Positions 1 through 10,440 of a stretch of DNA of 28,251 nucleotides are shown here, one piece after another (position 1 is the stretch's first letter; each line of letters begins with the position of its first letter). A program made the position numbers and the translations under genes. The stretch is from Porticoccaceae bacterium (lineage in GTDB: Bacteria; Pseudomonadota; Gammaproteobacteria; Pseudomonadales; Porticoccaceae), in NCBI GenBank assembly GCA_050486485.1, contig JBJHDJ010000001.1, forward strand, positions 1-28,251. Reading direction: 5' to 3'. The notes below the pieces were generated by a model that was given only the letters and a program-made list of their open reading frames with translations, did no database searches and had not been told where the DNA came from.

Positions 1-78
1 CTTGGCCACCAGTTCCGAATAGCCGGGCACCAGGAGGACATCGTCAAAAGTCAGGGCTTCGTAGGCGATTCTCGGCAT
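1..78 (-). CDS. guaB: IMP dehydrogenase, N-terminal fragment (runs off window start)
   Basis: Manual translation from ATG at 78: MPRIAYEALTFDDVLLVPGYSELVAK, matching the GuaB N-terminus (ALTFDDVLLVP); divergent from xseA as usual. Confidence 0.92.
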   Translation of the reverse strand, partial: MPRIAYEALTFDDVLLVPGYSELVAK

Positions 79-114
79 AACCAATCACATCCCGGCGCAT
101 TCAGGAAACGGGCA

Positions 115-143
115 ATTATATCGGTGGGGCCGGGGGCGGTAAA
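115..143 (-). promoter_or_regulatory. Putative sigma70 promoter for guaB
   Basis: Minus strand TTTACC-N17-TATAAT, 36 nt upstream of the guaB ATG. Confidence 0.5.
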
Positions 144-208
144 CCGGAAGTTTGACTACCGCGACGGGCATATACCCATCGCGCACCACTCTCCCCTACA
201 ATGCCGGC

Positions 209-1546
209 ATGACAGAATCCCCGCCAGATCGCCAGATCCTTACCATCAGCCAGCTCAACCGCCGCGCCCGCCAGTTGCTGGAGACCCATTTTTCCCTGCT
301 GTGGGTGCGCGGCGAGATCTCCAATCTGTCGCGGCCCAGCTCCGGGCACTGGTATTTCACCCTCAAGGACAAGGACGCCCAGATCCGCTGCGCCATGTTC
401 CGCAACCGCAACAGCCTGGTGGCGAAGCCGCCGAGGGACGGCGATCAGGTGCTAGTGCGCGGCCGGGTGAGCCTCTACGAGGCCCGCGGCGACTACCAGT
501 TGATCGCCGAACACCTGGAGGCGGACGGCGCCGGCCTGTTGCAGCAGCGTTTCGAGGAGCTGAAAAACCGTCTGGCCGCCGAGGGGCTGTTCGATTCGGA
601 GCGCAAGCAACCCCTGCCCCGGCACCCCACCCGCATCGGGGTGATCAGCTCACCCACGGGCGCCGCTGTCAGGGACATTCTCCATGTGCTGGCGCGACGC
701 GCCCCCTGGATTCCGGTCAGCCTCTACCCGGCTGCCGTTCAGGGACGGGATGCGCCCGGCGAACTCATGGCTGCCCTGGCACTGGCTCAGCGGGACAAGC
801 GCTGCGATGTGCTGATCCTGGCCCGGGGCGGCGGCTCCATCGAGGATTTGTGGGCCTTCAACGACGAGGCCCTGGCCCGCGCCATCGCCGCCAGCACCCT
901 GCCGGTGGTGAGCGCCGTGGGCCATGAAACCGATTTCACCATCGCCGACTTTGTCGCCGACTGCCGCGCCCCCACCCCCTCGGCGGCGGCGGAGCTGGTG
1001 AGTCCGGATGGATGGCAGCTGGCGGCGCAACTGAGCAAGGACGCCAAAGCCCTGACCAGGGCCATGGCGCGCCGCCTGGCTCACTGGCGTCAACATCTGG
1101 ACTGGCTGCGCAAGCGCCTGCGGGGCCCCGCCGACCTGCTGCGGGAGCAAGCCCAACACCTGGATCATCTGGAAATAAGGCTGCTCAACGCCAATCGCCG
1201 TCAACTGGCGAACAGCCGTGAACGGCTCGACCGACTGAGGGCCCGCCTGCAAGCAGCCAGTCCCGCGCGACGCTACGCCCTGCACCGCGTCAACCTGGAC
1301 AATCTGGCAAGCCGCCTTGACAAGGCCATACAGCGCAGGCTCGACCGACACCACCAACGGTTGAACGCCCTGGCCGCCACCCTTCAGGCGGTCAGCCCCC
1401 TCGCCACCCTCGAGCGCGGCTACGCCATCGCCCGCGACCGCGAGGGGCATGTGGTCAAGTCCATCACCGTGGTGGAGCCAGGGGATACCCTCGACCTGAT
1501 GGTGGCGGATGGCAATTTGAGCTGCGTGGTGAAAGACAAGACCTGA
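209..1546 (+). CDS. xseA: Exodeoxyribonuclease VII large subunit
   Basis: Motifs [74 protein letters not shown], LERGY. Start placed at ATG 209 rather than 152. Confidence 0.97.
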   Translation: [445 protein letters not shown]

Positions 1547-1577
1547 ATGGCACAGAATCAAGCTCGTCATGTGCATT

Positions 1578-1677
1578 CCTTCTCCCCTGTGGAGAGAAGG
1601 CCAGGATGAGGGGAAAGCGGCAGAGCCGCTTGATGGCTCGCGGAATCGCCCTCACCCCGGTCCGCTCGCAGGAGAGG
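1578..1677. repeat. Inverted pair of CCCTCACCC...TCTCCC-type palindromic repeats
   Basis: 1578-1613 read on the minus strand is CCCCTCATCCTGGCCTTCTCTCCACAGGGGAGAAGG; 1649-1677 on the plus strand is CCCTCACCCCGGTCCGCTCGCAGGAGAGG (degenerate). Resembles the widespread CCCTCACCC-N-CCCTCTCCC-N-GGGAGAGG intergenic repeat. Confidence 0.65.
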
Positions 1678-1679
1678 TT

Positions 1680-1711
1680 TGATGGGTATCGCTGCGCTCA
1701 ACCCATCCTAC
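1680..1711 (-). repeat. GTAG-type REP, single copy
   Basis: Minus strand GTAG-GATGGGT-TGAGCGCAGCGAT-ACCCATC-A; same sequence at 6281 and 6338, one substitution at 24355. Confidence 0.85.
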
Positions 1712-1765
1712 CGGTGGGAGCCATGCCCTGATCATCGCAGCAAGCACCGGTATGCAACCTGCCAC

Positions 1766-2482
1766 TCAGAAACTGTAGGTCAGCCCCACGCTGGTGAGGG
1801 TGTCGGTGTTCCTCGAATCGTCGGGCACATCGGTGTTGTGCTTGACCGAATAGGCCACCCGCAAGGCGAGCTGGGCGTTGATGGCCACCCGCAGGCTGAC
1901 GACGCCTTCGACGAAGGTGTTGTCGGCGCCCGATTCCACCCCCAGGGTGCTCTCCAGGCGGGTGGTCTCCGTGAGGCGGCGCTGGAAGGTGCTGCCCACC
2001 GTCAGAATGGCCTCGTTGAAGGTTTCGTTGGTGTCCTGCTCCTCGCTGCGCCGATAACCGGCGCCGCCCTCGATATCCCACACCGTGGTTTCGGTGGCGA
2101 TCAGGTGCGCGCCGACACCGGCGCTGAGGGAGGCCTGGTATTCGTAGCCGCTGAAGCGGTTGTCCTGGTAGCGGCCGTTGCCGAATCCGTAATAGCGCTC
2201 GGAAATATCGTACTCCGTCTTGCCCCGCAGGGTGTAGGACTCGGCGCTGCGGCGGTCGTTCTCCGAGGCGTTGAGAGCTTCGATGCGCCCGGTGTGGGTC
2301 CAGCGTTCCTGGGTGTAGGCGATCATCAGCTTGGCCAGCAGTGACTCGCTGCTGGAGTTACCGGAGGCCTTGCTGTAGGCGAGATCCCCCTCGCCGCTCC
2401 AGGCGTTCTCCTCCGCCAGCGCGCTGGCCGGATTGATCAGGGGTGAGAGGCCCAACAGGGCGATTGGCAGGATTTTCTTCAT
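1766..2482 (-). CDS. DUF481/YdiY-family outer-membrane beta-barrel protein
   Basis: Signal peptide MKKILPIALLGLSPLINPASALA; WSGEGDLAYSKASGNS, alternating beta-strand pattern, C-terminal aromatic residue (GLTYSF). Confidence 0.8.
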   Translation of the reverse strand: MKKILPIALLGLSPLINPASALAEENAWSGEGDLAYSKASGNSSSESLLAKLMIAYTQERWTHTGRIEALNASENDRRSAESYTLRGKTEYDISERYYGFGNGRYQDNRFSGYEYQASLSAGVGAHLIATETTVWDIEGGAGYRRSEEQDTNETFNEAILTVGSTFQRRLTETTRLESTLGVESGADNTFVEGVVSLRVAINAQLALRVAYSVKHNTDVPDDSRNTDTLTSVGLTYSF

Positions 2483-2556
2483 CGGCTTTCTCCTTGTCAG
2501 AAGTTACAGCACTGCTCCCGGTGACGGCGAACAGTCCGGCTTGGAGTGAGGGCAGA

Positions 2557-3990
2557 TTATTTTCTGCCCTTGACATGCCTCATCAGGCGCCGCTTTTTGG
2601 CGATTTGGCGCGCGGTGAGGGTGTTCTTCTTGCCCTTGAAGGGATTGTCGCTGGAGCGGAACTCGATACGCACCGGCGTGCCCTGCAGGTCGAGGGCGCG
2701 GCGGAAGGTTTTTTCGAGATAGCGCACATAATGGTTGGGGACATCCTCGGTCTGGTTGCCGTGGATGACGATGATGGGGGGATTGCGGCCACCGGCGTGG
2801 GCGTAGCGCAGCTTGATGCGCCGGCCATTGACCAGGGGCGGTGGATGATCGCTCACCGCGTCCTCCAGGATGCGGGTCAGGCGATTGGTGCTGAGTTTGT
2901 TGGTGGCGGCGGCATAGGCCTTGTGCACCGACTTGTAAAGGTGGCCGACGCCAGTGCCGTGCAGGGCGGAGATGAAATGAATATCGGCGAACTCGACAAA
3001 GCGCAGACGCCGCTCCAGCTCCACCTTGACCCAGTCCCTCTGCTGCTGCTCCAGACCGTCCCATTTGTTGACGGCCACCACCAGGGCGCGGCCGGCATCC
3101 AGCACATAGCCCATCAGGTGCAGATCCTGATCCACCAGACCCTCGCTGGCGTCGATCAGCAGGATCACCACATTGGCGTCAGACACCGCCTGCAGGGTCT
3201 TGACGATGGAGAACTTCTCCACGGTGAGGGATACATTCTTGCGGCGCCGGATACCGGCGGTATCGATCAAGGTGTACTGGCGCCCCTCCCGCTCGAAGTC
3301 GATGTAGATGCTGTCGCGGGTGGTGCCGGGCTGGTCGTACACCACCACCCGCTCCTCCCCCAGCATGCGGTTGACCAGGGTGGACTTGCCGACATTGGGG
3401 CGGCCGACGATGGCGATTCTGATGCCACGCTCGGGAAGTTGTTGCTCGCCCTCTTCCCCTTCGACCTCCTCCTCGTCCATGTCCGCCGACTGGACGGTGA
3501 CCGGGAAGGGCTCCAGCACTTCCTGCATCAGGCCGGACACGCCGCGGCCGTGGGTGGCGGTGGTGGGATACACCTTGTCGAAACCGAGGCGGTAGAAATC
3601 CGCCAGGGCCACATCCGGGTTGAGGCCGTCGATCTTGTTGGCCACCAGGAAAAAACGCTTGCCGCTCTCCCGCAAGTGCTTGGCCAGGGCCTCGTCGGTG
3701 GCGGTGAGGCCATCGCGGCAGTCCACCATGAACAGCACCACGTCCGCCTCTTCCATGGCCTGCAGGGACTGGGCCGCCATGGCGGCGTCGATGCCCTCCT
3801 CCTCGCCGGTGATGCCCCCGGTGTCCACCACCATGAAGCGGCGACCGTGCATCTCCCCCTCGCCGTACTTGCGATCACGGGTGAGGCCGGCGAAATTCGC
3901 CACCAGGGCGTCCCGGGAACGGGTCAGGCGGTTGAACAGGGTGGACTTCCCCACATTGGGACGGCCCACCAGGGCGATGACGGGGAGCAT
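2557..3990 (-). CDS. der: Ribosome biogenesis GTPase Der (EngA)
   Basis: Two GTPase domains ([12 protein letters not shown]...DTGG...NKID; [12 protein letters not shown]...DTAG...NKWD), acidic linker, KH-like C-terminus. Confidence 0.98.
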   Translation of the reverse strand: MLPVIALVGRPNVGKSTLFNRLTRSRDALVANFAGLTRDRKYGEGEMHGRRFMVVDTGGITGEEEGIDAAMAAQSLQAMEEADVVLFMVDCRDGLTATDEALAKHLRESGKRFFLVANKIDGLNPDVALADFYRLGFDKVYPTTATHGRGVSGLMQEVLEPFPVTVQSADMDEEEVEGEEGEQQLPERGIRIAIVGRPNVGKSTLVNRMLGEERVVVYDQPGTTRDSIYIDFEREGRQYTLIDTAGIRRRKNVSLTVEKFSIVKTLQAVSDANVVILLIDASEGLVDQDLHLMGYVLDAGRALVVAVNKWDGLEQQQRDWVKVELERRLRFVEFADIHFISALHGTGVGHLYKSVHKAYAAATNKLSTNRLTRILEDAVSDHPPPLVNGRRIKLRYAHAGGRNPPIIVIHGNQTEDVPNHYVRYLEKTFRRALDLQGTPVRIEFRSSDNPFKGKKNTLTARQIAKKRRLMRHVKGRK

Positions 3991-4041
3991 GGGATTGGGT
4001 GCGGTGAGAGTTGGGGGGGCATTTTACATGAAAAGCGTTGG

Positions 4042-4090
4042 GTCTGACGTCTGACGCTGGATGTCTGACGTCTGACGTCTGACGTCTGAC
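4042..4090 (+). repeat. 7-bp tandem array (GTCTGAC)x7, third unit degenerate
   Basis: Units at 4042, 4049, [4056 GCTGGAT], 4063, 4070, 4077, 4084. Confidence 0.95.
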
Positions 4091-4222
4091 GCCAAGATGG
4101 CACGGTGCCACTGGCATGGATCGGCGCACGGTCCCGTGCAGCGTTTGCGTCTATATGAACCATGAGCCAAGTAGAGCTTCCGATTTTCAAGCACCCGACC
4201 TTATTTCTTAGCGGGCTTTTGC

Positions 4223-4250
4223 GTCAGACGTCGGACGTCCGACGTCAGAC
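4223..4250 (-). repeat. 7-bp tandem array (GTCNGAC)x4, inverted relative to 4042-4090
   Basis: Plus strand GTCAGAC GTCGGAC GTCCGAC GTCAGAC; overlaps the last codon and TGA of acs. Confidence 0.9.
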
Positions 4251-6179
4251 CTTTCTGTTAGCAATCAACTCCTCCACCACCCCCGGATCCGCCAGGGTCG
4301 AGGTATCCCCCAGGTTGTCCAGTTCGTCGCAGGCGATTTTGCGCAGGATGCGGCGCATGATCTTGCCGGAGCGGGTCTTGGGCAGGCCGGGAGCCCACTG
4401 GATGATGTCCGGCTTGGCGATGTGGCTGACTTCATCGGCGCACAGGGCGATGAGCTCGCCGCGCAGCTTGTCGCTGGGCTCCTCGCCGCTCATCAGGGTG
4501 ACGAAGGCGTAGATGCCCTGGCCCTTGATGTCGTGGGCATAGCCCACCACGGCGGCTTCCGCCACCGCGTCGTGGAGCACCAGGGCGCTCTCGATCTCGG
4601 CGGTGCCGAGGCGGTGGCCGGAGACATTGAGCACATCGTCCACCCGGCCGGTGATCCAGTAATAACCGTCGGCGTCGCGGCGCGCGCCATCGCCGGTGAA
4701 GTAGTAGCCGGGATAGGCCGTGAAATAGGTGTCCACCAGACGCTGGTGATCTCCGTACACGGTGCGGATCTGGGACGGCCAGGGGGCCTTGATCACCAGC
4801 ACTCCCTGACCGGGGCCATCGATTTCGCGCCCCTGCTCGTCGAGGATCGCCGGCTGCACGCCGAAAAACGGCAATGTGGCGGAGCCCGGCTTGAGGTCGG
4901 TGGCGCCGGGCAGGGGGGTGATCATGTGGGCGCCGGTTTCCGTCTGCCACCAGGTATCCACCACCGGGCAACGGCCCTTGCCCACCACCCGGTGATACCA
5001 CTCCCAGGCCTCCGGGTTGATGGGCTCTCCCACGGTGCCCAGCAGTCTCAGGGTGGCCAGGGAGCACTGCTCCACGAATCGGTTGCCCGCCCCCATCAGG
5101 GCGCGAATAGCGGTGGGGGCGGTGTAGAACTGGGTGACCCGGTGCTTGTCCACCACCTGCCAGAAGCGGGAGGCATCCGGCCAGGTGGGCACCCCCTCGA
5201 ACACCAGACTGGTGGCGCCGTTGCACAGGGGGCCGTAGACGATGTAGGAGTGCCCGGTGACCCAGCCGACATCGGCGGTGCACCAGAAAATATCCCCGTC
5301 CCGGTAGTCGAAGACATGGCGGAATGTCATGGCGGCCTGCAGCAGGTAGCCGCCGGTGGTGTGCAGCACTCCCTTGGGCATGCCGGTGGAGCCGGAGGTG
5401 TAGAGGATGAACAGGGGGTCTTCGGCATCCATCATCTCCGGGGGGCAGTCGCTGGAGGCCTCGGCAACGGCCTCGTGGTACCACCAGTCGCGGCTGTCCT
5501 GCCAGGGTATTTCCCCCCCGGTGCGGCGTACCACCAGGCAGGTGTGGACATTGGGGCACTGGGCCAGGGCGCGCTCGGCATTGCCCTTGAGGGGAATCAC
5601 CTTGCCGCCCCGCAGCCCCTCGTCGGCGGTGATCAGCACCCGGCAGTCGGAATCGAGAATGCGATCCCGCAGGGCGTCCGGGGAGAAGCCGCCGAACACC
5701 ACGGAGTGGATGGCGCCGATGCGGGCGCAGGCCAGCATGGCGTACACCGCCTCGGGGATCATGGGCATGTAGATGCACACCCGGTCACCCTTTTTCACCC
5801 CCCGCAGGCGCAGCACATTGCCCAGCCGGCACACCGCCTCGTGCAGCTCCCGGTAGCTGATATGGCGGCTGTCCCCGGGGTCGTCGCCTTCCCAGATCAG
5901 GGCGGTCCGGTCCGCCCGCTCGGGGAGGTGGCGGTCGATGCAGTTGACACTGACATTGAGCTTGCCACCGCGAAACCAGGCCACCTTGCCGGACTTCATA
6001 TCCGCCTCGAGCACCTCGTCCCAGGGCTTGTCCCAGGTGAGGAAAGCTCGCGCCTGCTCGGCCCAGAACGCCTCGGGCTGCTCCACGGAGCGGCGGTACA
6101 TCTCCCGGTAGCGATCGGCATCGATATGGGCAGTTTCACGCCAGGCTGGCGGCACGGGGTGGACGGGGAATTCGCTCAT
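4245..6179 (-). CDS. acs: Acetyl-CoA synthetase
   Basis: Motifs [65 protein letters not shown] (acetylatable Lys), [10 protein letters not shown]. Confidence 0.97.
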   Translation of the reverse strand: MSEFPVHPVPPAWRETAHIDADRYREMYRRSVEQPEAFWAEQARAFLTWDKPWDEVLEADMKSGKVAWFRGGKLNVSVNCIDRHLPERADRTALIWEGDDPGDSRHISYRELHEAVCRLGNVLRLRGVKKGDRVCIYMPMIPEAVYAMLACARIGAIHSVVFGGFSPDALRDRILDSDCRVLITADEGLRGGKVIPLKGNAERALAQCPNVHTCLVVRRTGGEIPWQDSRDWWYHEAVAEASSDCPPEMMDAEDPLFILYTSGSTGMPKGVLHTTGGYLLQAAMTFRHVFDYRDGDIFWCTADVGWVTGHSYIVYGPLCNGATSLVFEGVPTWPDASRFWQVVDKHRVTQFYTAPTAIRALMGAGNRFVEQCSLATLRLLGTVGEPINPEAWEWYHRVVGKGRCPVVDTWWQTETGAHMITPLPGATDLKPGSATLPFFGVQPAILDEQGREIDGPGQGVLVIKAPWPSQIRTVYGDHQRLVDTYFTAYPGYYFTGDGARRDADGYYWITGRVDDVLNVSGHRLGTAEIESALVLHDAVAEAAVVGYAHDIKGQGIYAFVTLMSGEEPSDKLRGELIALCADEVSHIAKPDIIQWAPGLPKTRSGKIMRRILRKIACDELDNLGDTSTLADPGVVEELIANRKV

Positions 6180-6211
6180 GGCAACCTCGTATCCTGTAGG
6201 CTTGGTTGGGT

Positions 6212-6240
6212 ATTAGAAAGGATGCCCCTGACAGTGGCAA
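6212..6240 (-). promoter_or_regulatory. Putative sigma70 promoter for acs
   Basis: Minus strand TTGCCA-N17-TCTAAT, 32 nt upstream of the acs ATG. Confidence 0.45.
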
Positions 6241-6280
6241 GGCTGAACCCTGGCTGTGGCAACGGAAAATTCACGGCCGC

Positions 6281-6368
6281 GTAGGATGGGTTGAGCGCAG
6301 CGATACCCATCAATTCCCCACAGGATAGGATCCGGCCGATGGGTATCGCTGCGCTCAACCCATCCTAC
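6281..6368. repeat. Inverted REP doublet (REPIN/BIME-like)
   Basis: REP at 6281-6312 (+) and 6338-6368 (-), 25-bp spacer, GTAG at both outer ends. Confidence 0.9.
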
Positions 6369-6400
6369 GAGGTGCCAGCCTGATGGGCGGCTGAGGTGGA

Positions 6401-7273
6401 TCAGAGATCTGCCGGGATGGAGCTGTCCAGGGACAGGGAAATATTATCGATGAGGCGGGCGCCGCTGGTGTACATGGCCCCCAGCACGGTGATTTCCCTG
6501 TCGTCCAATGCGGCTGGCTCCAGATTGCGGCTGTTGCACACCGCCAGGTAGTCCACCCGGAAACCGGCGGCCTCGATGCGCTTGCTGCCCTCCGCTTCCA
6601 AGGCGGTAAAATCCTGCTCGCCGTCGCGGATGCGATCCGCCACCCATTGCAGGGTGTCGTGGAGCACCACCACCCGGGGCCTTTCAGCCGCAGTGATGTA
6701 GCTGTTGCGGGAACTCATGGCGAGGCCGTCGGCCTCCCGGTGGATGGGCGCGGCGACGATCTCCACCGCCATGCACAGGTCTTCCACCATGCGGCGGATC
6801 ACCGCCAGTTGCTGGAAATCCTTGATGCCGAACACCGCCAGGTCCGGTTGGACGATATTGAACAGCTTGGTGACCACCGTGGTGACTCCCTCGAAATGCC
6901 CCGGGCGACTGGCGCCGCAAAGCACATCGGTCATGGTGGGGCACATCACCCGGGTCTGGTCCGCCAGGCCGTTGGGATACATCTCCACATCCGTGGGGTG
7001 AAACAGGTAGTCGCAACTGGCGGCCGTCAGCTTGCGCATGTCCTCCTCGATGGTGCGGGGATAGCGGTCCCAGTCCTCATTGAGGCCAAACTGCAGGGCA
7101 TTGACGAAGATCGAGGTGACCACCACATCGCAGTACTGGCGGGCGATGGCGACCAGCTCCAGGTGGGCGTCGTGGAGATTGCCCATGGTGGGCACCAGGG
7201 CGATGCGCCGGCCCTGGGCGCGCTCGGCGGCCAGCGCCTCCCGCAAGCCCTTGATGGTGTGGAATGTCTGCAT
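6401..7273 (-). CDS. panC: Pantoate-beta-alanine ligase (pantothenate synthetase), motif variant
   Basis: [75 protein letters not shown]. Confidence 0.9.
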   Translation of the reverse strand: MQTFHTIKGLREALAAERAQGRRIALVPTMGNLHDAHLELVAIARQYCDVVVTSIFVNALQFGLNEDWDRYPRTIEEDMRKLTAASCDYLFHPTDVEMYPNGLADQTRVMCPTMTDVLCGASRPGHFEGVTTVVTKLFNIVQPDLAVFGIKDFQQLAVIRRMVEDLCMAVEIVAAPIHREADGLAMSSRNSYITAAERPRVVVLHDTLQWVADRIRDGEQDFTALEAEGSKRIEAAGFRVDYLAVCNSRNLEPAALDDREITVLGAMYTSGARLIDNISLSLDSSIPADL

Positions 7274-7293
7274 GGCAATGACTCCGGGTAATG

Positions 7294-8721
7294 CTACTGG
7301 CCGTCGGCGAAATAATCCCTGGCGAGGTTTTCAAAGCGGGTGTACTTGCCGAGGAAGGCCAGGCGGCAGGTGCCGATGGGACCATTGCGCTGCTTGCCGA
7401 TGATGATTTCCGCCACACCCTTGTCCTGGGTATCCTCGTGGTACACCTCGTCCCGGTAGACGAAAAGAATGACATCCGCGTCCTGCTCGATGGCGCCGGA
7501 TTCCCGAAGATCGGAGTTAACGGGCCGCTTGTTGGGGCGCTGCTCCACATTCCTGCTGAGCTGGGACAGGGCGATCACCGGGCAGTTGAATTCCCGGGCC
7601 ATGGTCTTCAGCTCCCGGGAGATCTGGGATATCTCCTGCACCCTGCCCTCCCCGGGAATGCTGGCGCTCATCAGCTGCAAATAGTCCACCATCACCAGGC
7701 AGGGTCGGCTCAGTTCGTCCAGCTTCTCCGGTCCCAGGCCCGGATCCCGCTGGCGCAACAACTCGCGATGCTCGCGCACCTGCTGGCGCAAACGGTTGCG
7801 CACTTCGAGAGGGGTGATGCCGGGGGTGTCGTCGATGTAAAGGGGGCGATCCTTGAGGCGCTGAGCGGCATTGGACAGCCGCGGCCAATCATCTTCGGTC
7901 AGGTTGCCACCGCGGATATGGGTCTGGTCGATCTTGCCGATGGAGGACAGCATGCGGATCACCAGCTGGCTGGCGGGCATCTCCAGGCTGAACACCAGAA
8001 CCGGACGCTCCTGGTGCAGGGCGGCGTGTTCCACCATGTTCATGGCGAGGGTGGTCTTGCCCATGGAGGGCCGGCCGGCGACGATCACCAGGTCAGCCTT
8101 CTGCCACCCGGAGGTCATGTGGTCGAGGTCGGCAAACCCCGAGGCCAGGCCGGTGATGTCCAGATCGCTGTTGAACAGTTCGTCGATGCGCTCCACCGCT
8201 TCCCGGAGCAGGTCGTTGACATGGATGAAGCCGCCCTTCTTGGGGCGGTTTTCCATGATCTCGGTGAGGCGCCGTTCGGCCTCCGCCAGCAGCTTGCCGC
8301 TGTCCCAGCCCAGGGGGTTGTAGCCCTTGCGGGCTATCTCGCTGGTGGCGATGATCAGTTGGCGGACGATGGAGCGCTCGAGAATGATCTGGGCATAGGC
8401 CTGCAGATTGGCGGCGCTGGGGGTGCCGGTGGCCAGCTCCACCAGGTAGGCGTCGCCGCCGACTTGCTCGAGTTCGCCGTGTTCCTTGAGGGTTTCCGAC
8501 AGGGTGATGGGGTCGAAAGGCTTCTCCGCGGACGCCAGGCGGCGCATGGTGCGGAAAATGAGCTGGTGGTCCTGGCCGTGGAAGTCTTCTTCCCGCACCA
8601 GCGCGGCGATGCTGTCGAACATCTCGTTGGCCAGCATCAGGCCGCCGAGCACCGCCTGCTCCGCCTCCAGGGAATGGGGAAGCTGCTGCCCGCTGATGGG
8701 ATTTCGCGACAGGTCGGTCAT
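7294..8721 (-). CDS. dnaB: Replicative DNA helicase
   Basis: [16 protein letters not shown], Walker [46 protein letters not shown]; no intein visible. Confidence 0.98.
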   Translation of the reverse strand: MTDLSRNPISGQQLPHSLEAEQAVLGGLMLANEMFDSIAALVREEDFHGQDHQLIFRTMRRLASAEKPFDPITLSETLKEHGELEQVGGDAYLVELATGTPSAANLQAYAQIILERSIVRQLIIATSEIARKGYNPLGWDSGKLLAEAERRLTEIMENRPKKGGFIHVNDLLREAVERIDELFNSDLDITGLASGFADLDHMTSGWQKADLVIVAGRPSMGKTTLAMNMVEHAALHQERPVLVFSLEMPASQLVIRMLSSIGKIDQTHIRGGNLTEDDWPRLSNAAQRLKDRPLYIDDTPGITPLEVRNRLRQQVREHRELLRQRDPGLGPEKLDELSRPCLVMVDYLQLMSASIPGEGRVQEISQISRELKTMAREFNCPVIALSQLSRNVEQRPNKRPVNSDLRESGAIEQDADVILFVYRDEVYHEDTQDKGVAEIIIGKQRNGPIGTCRLAFLGKYTRFENLARDYFADGQ

Positions 8722-8796
8722 GTAACCGCTACCGTGAAAGATAAGGTGTGGAGCGCCAGCCCCATGGCCGGCGCTTCCCGGGGATGGACAGCGCCC

Positions 8797-9246
8797 TTAC
8801 TCGGCGACGACCGCCACCTTGATGGTCTGGATGATATCGGCGTGCAACTGAATGTCCACCTCGTACTCGCCCACTTCCCGCAGCGCGCCTTCCGGCAGCT
8901 TGACTTCGCTCTTGGCCACTTCGACGCCGGCGGCGGTGATGGCATCGGCGATGTCGCGGGTGCCGATGGAACCGAACAGCTTGCCCTCGTCACCGGCATT
9001 GGCGGCGATGGTGACGCTGCCCAGCTGCTCCAGCCTGGCGGCGCGCGCCTCGGCGGCGGCCCTGCGCTCGTTGGCGGCCTGCTCCAGTTCGGCGCGGCGC
9101 TGCTCGAAGGCGGCGATGTTCTCCGGGGTGGCGTAGATCGCCTTGCCGGTGGGGATCAGGTAGTTGCGACCGTAACCGGCACGCACACTGACCTTGGCGC
9201 CAATGGCGCCGAGTTTGCCTACTTTTTCCAGAAGAATGACTTCCAT
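8797..9246 (-). CDS. rplI: 50S ribosomal protein L9
   Basis: [13 protein letters not shown]...GYGRNYLIP...GKLFGSIG; start at ATG 9246. Confidence 0.98.
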   Translation of the reverse strand: MEVILLEKVGKLGAIGAKVSVRAGYGRNYLIPTGKAIYATPENIAAFEQRRAELEQAANERRAAAEARAARLEQLGSVTIAANAGDEGKLFGSIGTRDIADAITAAGVEVAKSEVKLPEGALREVGEYEVDIQLHADIIQTIKVAVVAE

Positions 9247-9277
9247 CGTGGATTCCTCGCTTGTGCAAATACGCCGG

Positions 9278-10183
9278 CTACTGGCCCTTGCGGGGGCGCA
9301 GCCGGGCTCTAAAATCAAATACGCTGTCGAGAAACGCTATCCCGACCAGCACCAAACTCAAGGGCCCAAACATCAGCAGCCCGATATACATCAGCACCAG
9401 CCACTGCACGCCCAGTTGCCAGAACTGCACCGCGTGGTGCACCAGGCCGAGACCCGCCAGCAACAGCGGCAGCCCCAGCAGGCTGGCCCAGGTGCCATAA
9501 TCCGCGGCTCCCAGGTTGCAAACCATCACCCCCAACAGCAGGCCGGTGGCCAGCACCCTGTCAAAGCGCAGGGCGTGGAACTCGGCGCGAAAGCCACCGG
9601 GGTTGAACAGCAACGCCTGCCACCAGCGCCCCAGCAACAGGCTGGCGATCAGCTGCATGGCGGTCAGCCAGGCGAGAAAGCCCAGCACGAACACAGCGCT
9701 GGCCTGCTCCAGGCCGATACCCACGGCCATGGCCCCCATCAGCAGATGAAACACCGAGGCTGCCTGGGGCGTCTCGCCTCCCCGCAGGCCATCCAGCACA
9801 ACCTGCAGGTCCGCCAGCAGTGCCGCCATGGCCTCGCCGGCATAACTGGCGACGAGAATGGTGGCGCCACCGCTCACCGCCACGGCGGTGAGCAGGGTCA
9901 GGGGCCACGACAGGGTATTGCGCAGCACCCGGGCCACGGGTATGACACCCGCCACGCCAATCAGCGAGGTGGCCGCCAGCAGTGGACTTACCTCGCCCCA
10001 GTTGATCATCACCAACAGGGGGATGCAGGCCCAGACAAGGACCAGCAGGCCTTCCTGCAGGGGCTGGCGCAGGGTGACCAGGGCCACCGTGGCCGGACTG
10101 ATCAGGGGCACCAGGTTACCCAACAGGGCGACCAGCGACGCCTGCAGGCGCCCGCGCATGATGAACTCCGCCAGGGCGCGCAC
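9278..10183 (-). CDS. Conserved multi-pass membrane protein between rpsR and rplI (DUF2232/YybS-like)
   Basis: GTG start, [13 protein letters not shown]-terminus, multiple hydrophobic segments; position matches the uncharacterised gene in the Pseudomonas-type rpsF-rpsR-X-rplI operon. Confidence 0.8.
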   Translation of the reverse strand: MRALAEFIMRGRLQASLVALLGNLVPLISPATVALVTLRQPLQEGLLVLVWACIPLLVMINWGEVSPLLAATSLIGVAGVIPVARVLRNTLSWPLTLLTAVAVSGGATILVASYAGEAMAALLADLQVVLDGLRGGETPQAASVFHLLMGAMAVGIGLEQASAVFVLGFLAWLTAMQLIASLLLGRWWQALLFNPGGFRAEFHALRFDRVLATGLLLGVMVCNLGAADYGTWASLLGLPLLLAGLGLVHHAVQFWQLGVQWLVLMYIGLLMFGPLSLVLVGIAFLDSVFDFRARLRPRKGQ

Positions 10184-10207
10184 CGGGATACCCTTGGCCG
10201 CGACCGT

Positions 10208-10438
10208 TTACTTGTGGCCGTCGGTGTAGGGCAGCAGGGCCAGGTAGCGGGCGCGCTTGATGGCGGTGGCCAACTGGCGCTGGTAGCGGGCCTTGGTGCC
10301 GGTGATGCGGCTGGGAACGATCTTGCCGGTCTCGGAAATATAGCCCTTCAGGGTTTCCAGATCCTTGTAATCGATCTCGGGAGCACCCTCGGCGGAAAAA
10401 CGGCAAAACTTGCGGCGACGATTGAAACGCGGTTGCAT
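10208..10438 (-). CDS. rpsR: 30S ribosomal protein S18
   Basis: RRRKFCRF...IDYKD...[11 protein letters not shown]...[19 protein letters not shown]; ATG 10438 is 7 nt from GGAGG. Confidence 0.98.
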   Translation of the reverse strand: MQPRFNRRRKFCRFSAEGAPEIDYKDLETLKGYISETGKIVPSRITGTKARYQRQLATAIKRARYLALLPYTDGHK

Positions 10439-10440
10439 GG

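Noticed and set aside
1679-2344. ORFs containing MGIAALNPSY (also 6176-6358 -)
   Set aside because: The peptide is simply the translation of the REP sequence.
4097-4120. TGGCAC motifs as sigma54 promoters (also near 1549 and 21595)
   Set aside because: None has TTGC at the required -12 spacing.
4042-4250. CRISPR array or iteron/origin interpretation of the short repeats (also 23250-23365)
   Set aside because: Units are 7 bp and contiguous with no unique spacers; no cas or rep genes and no DnaA-box cluster seen.
7294-8721. Intein in dnaB
   Set aside because: Length (475 aa) is normal, the usual insertion sites (after Walker A; LRESG-IEQDAD) are uninterrupted, and the small insert lacks splicing residues.
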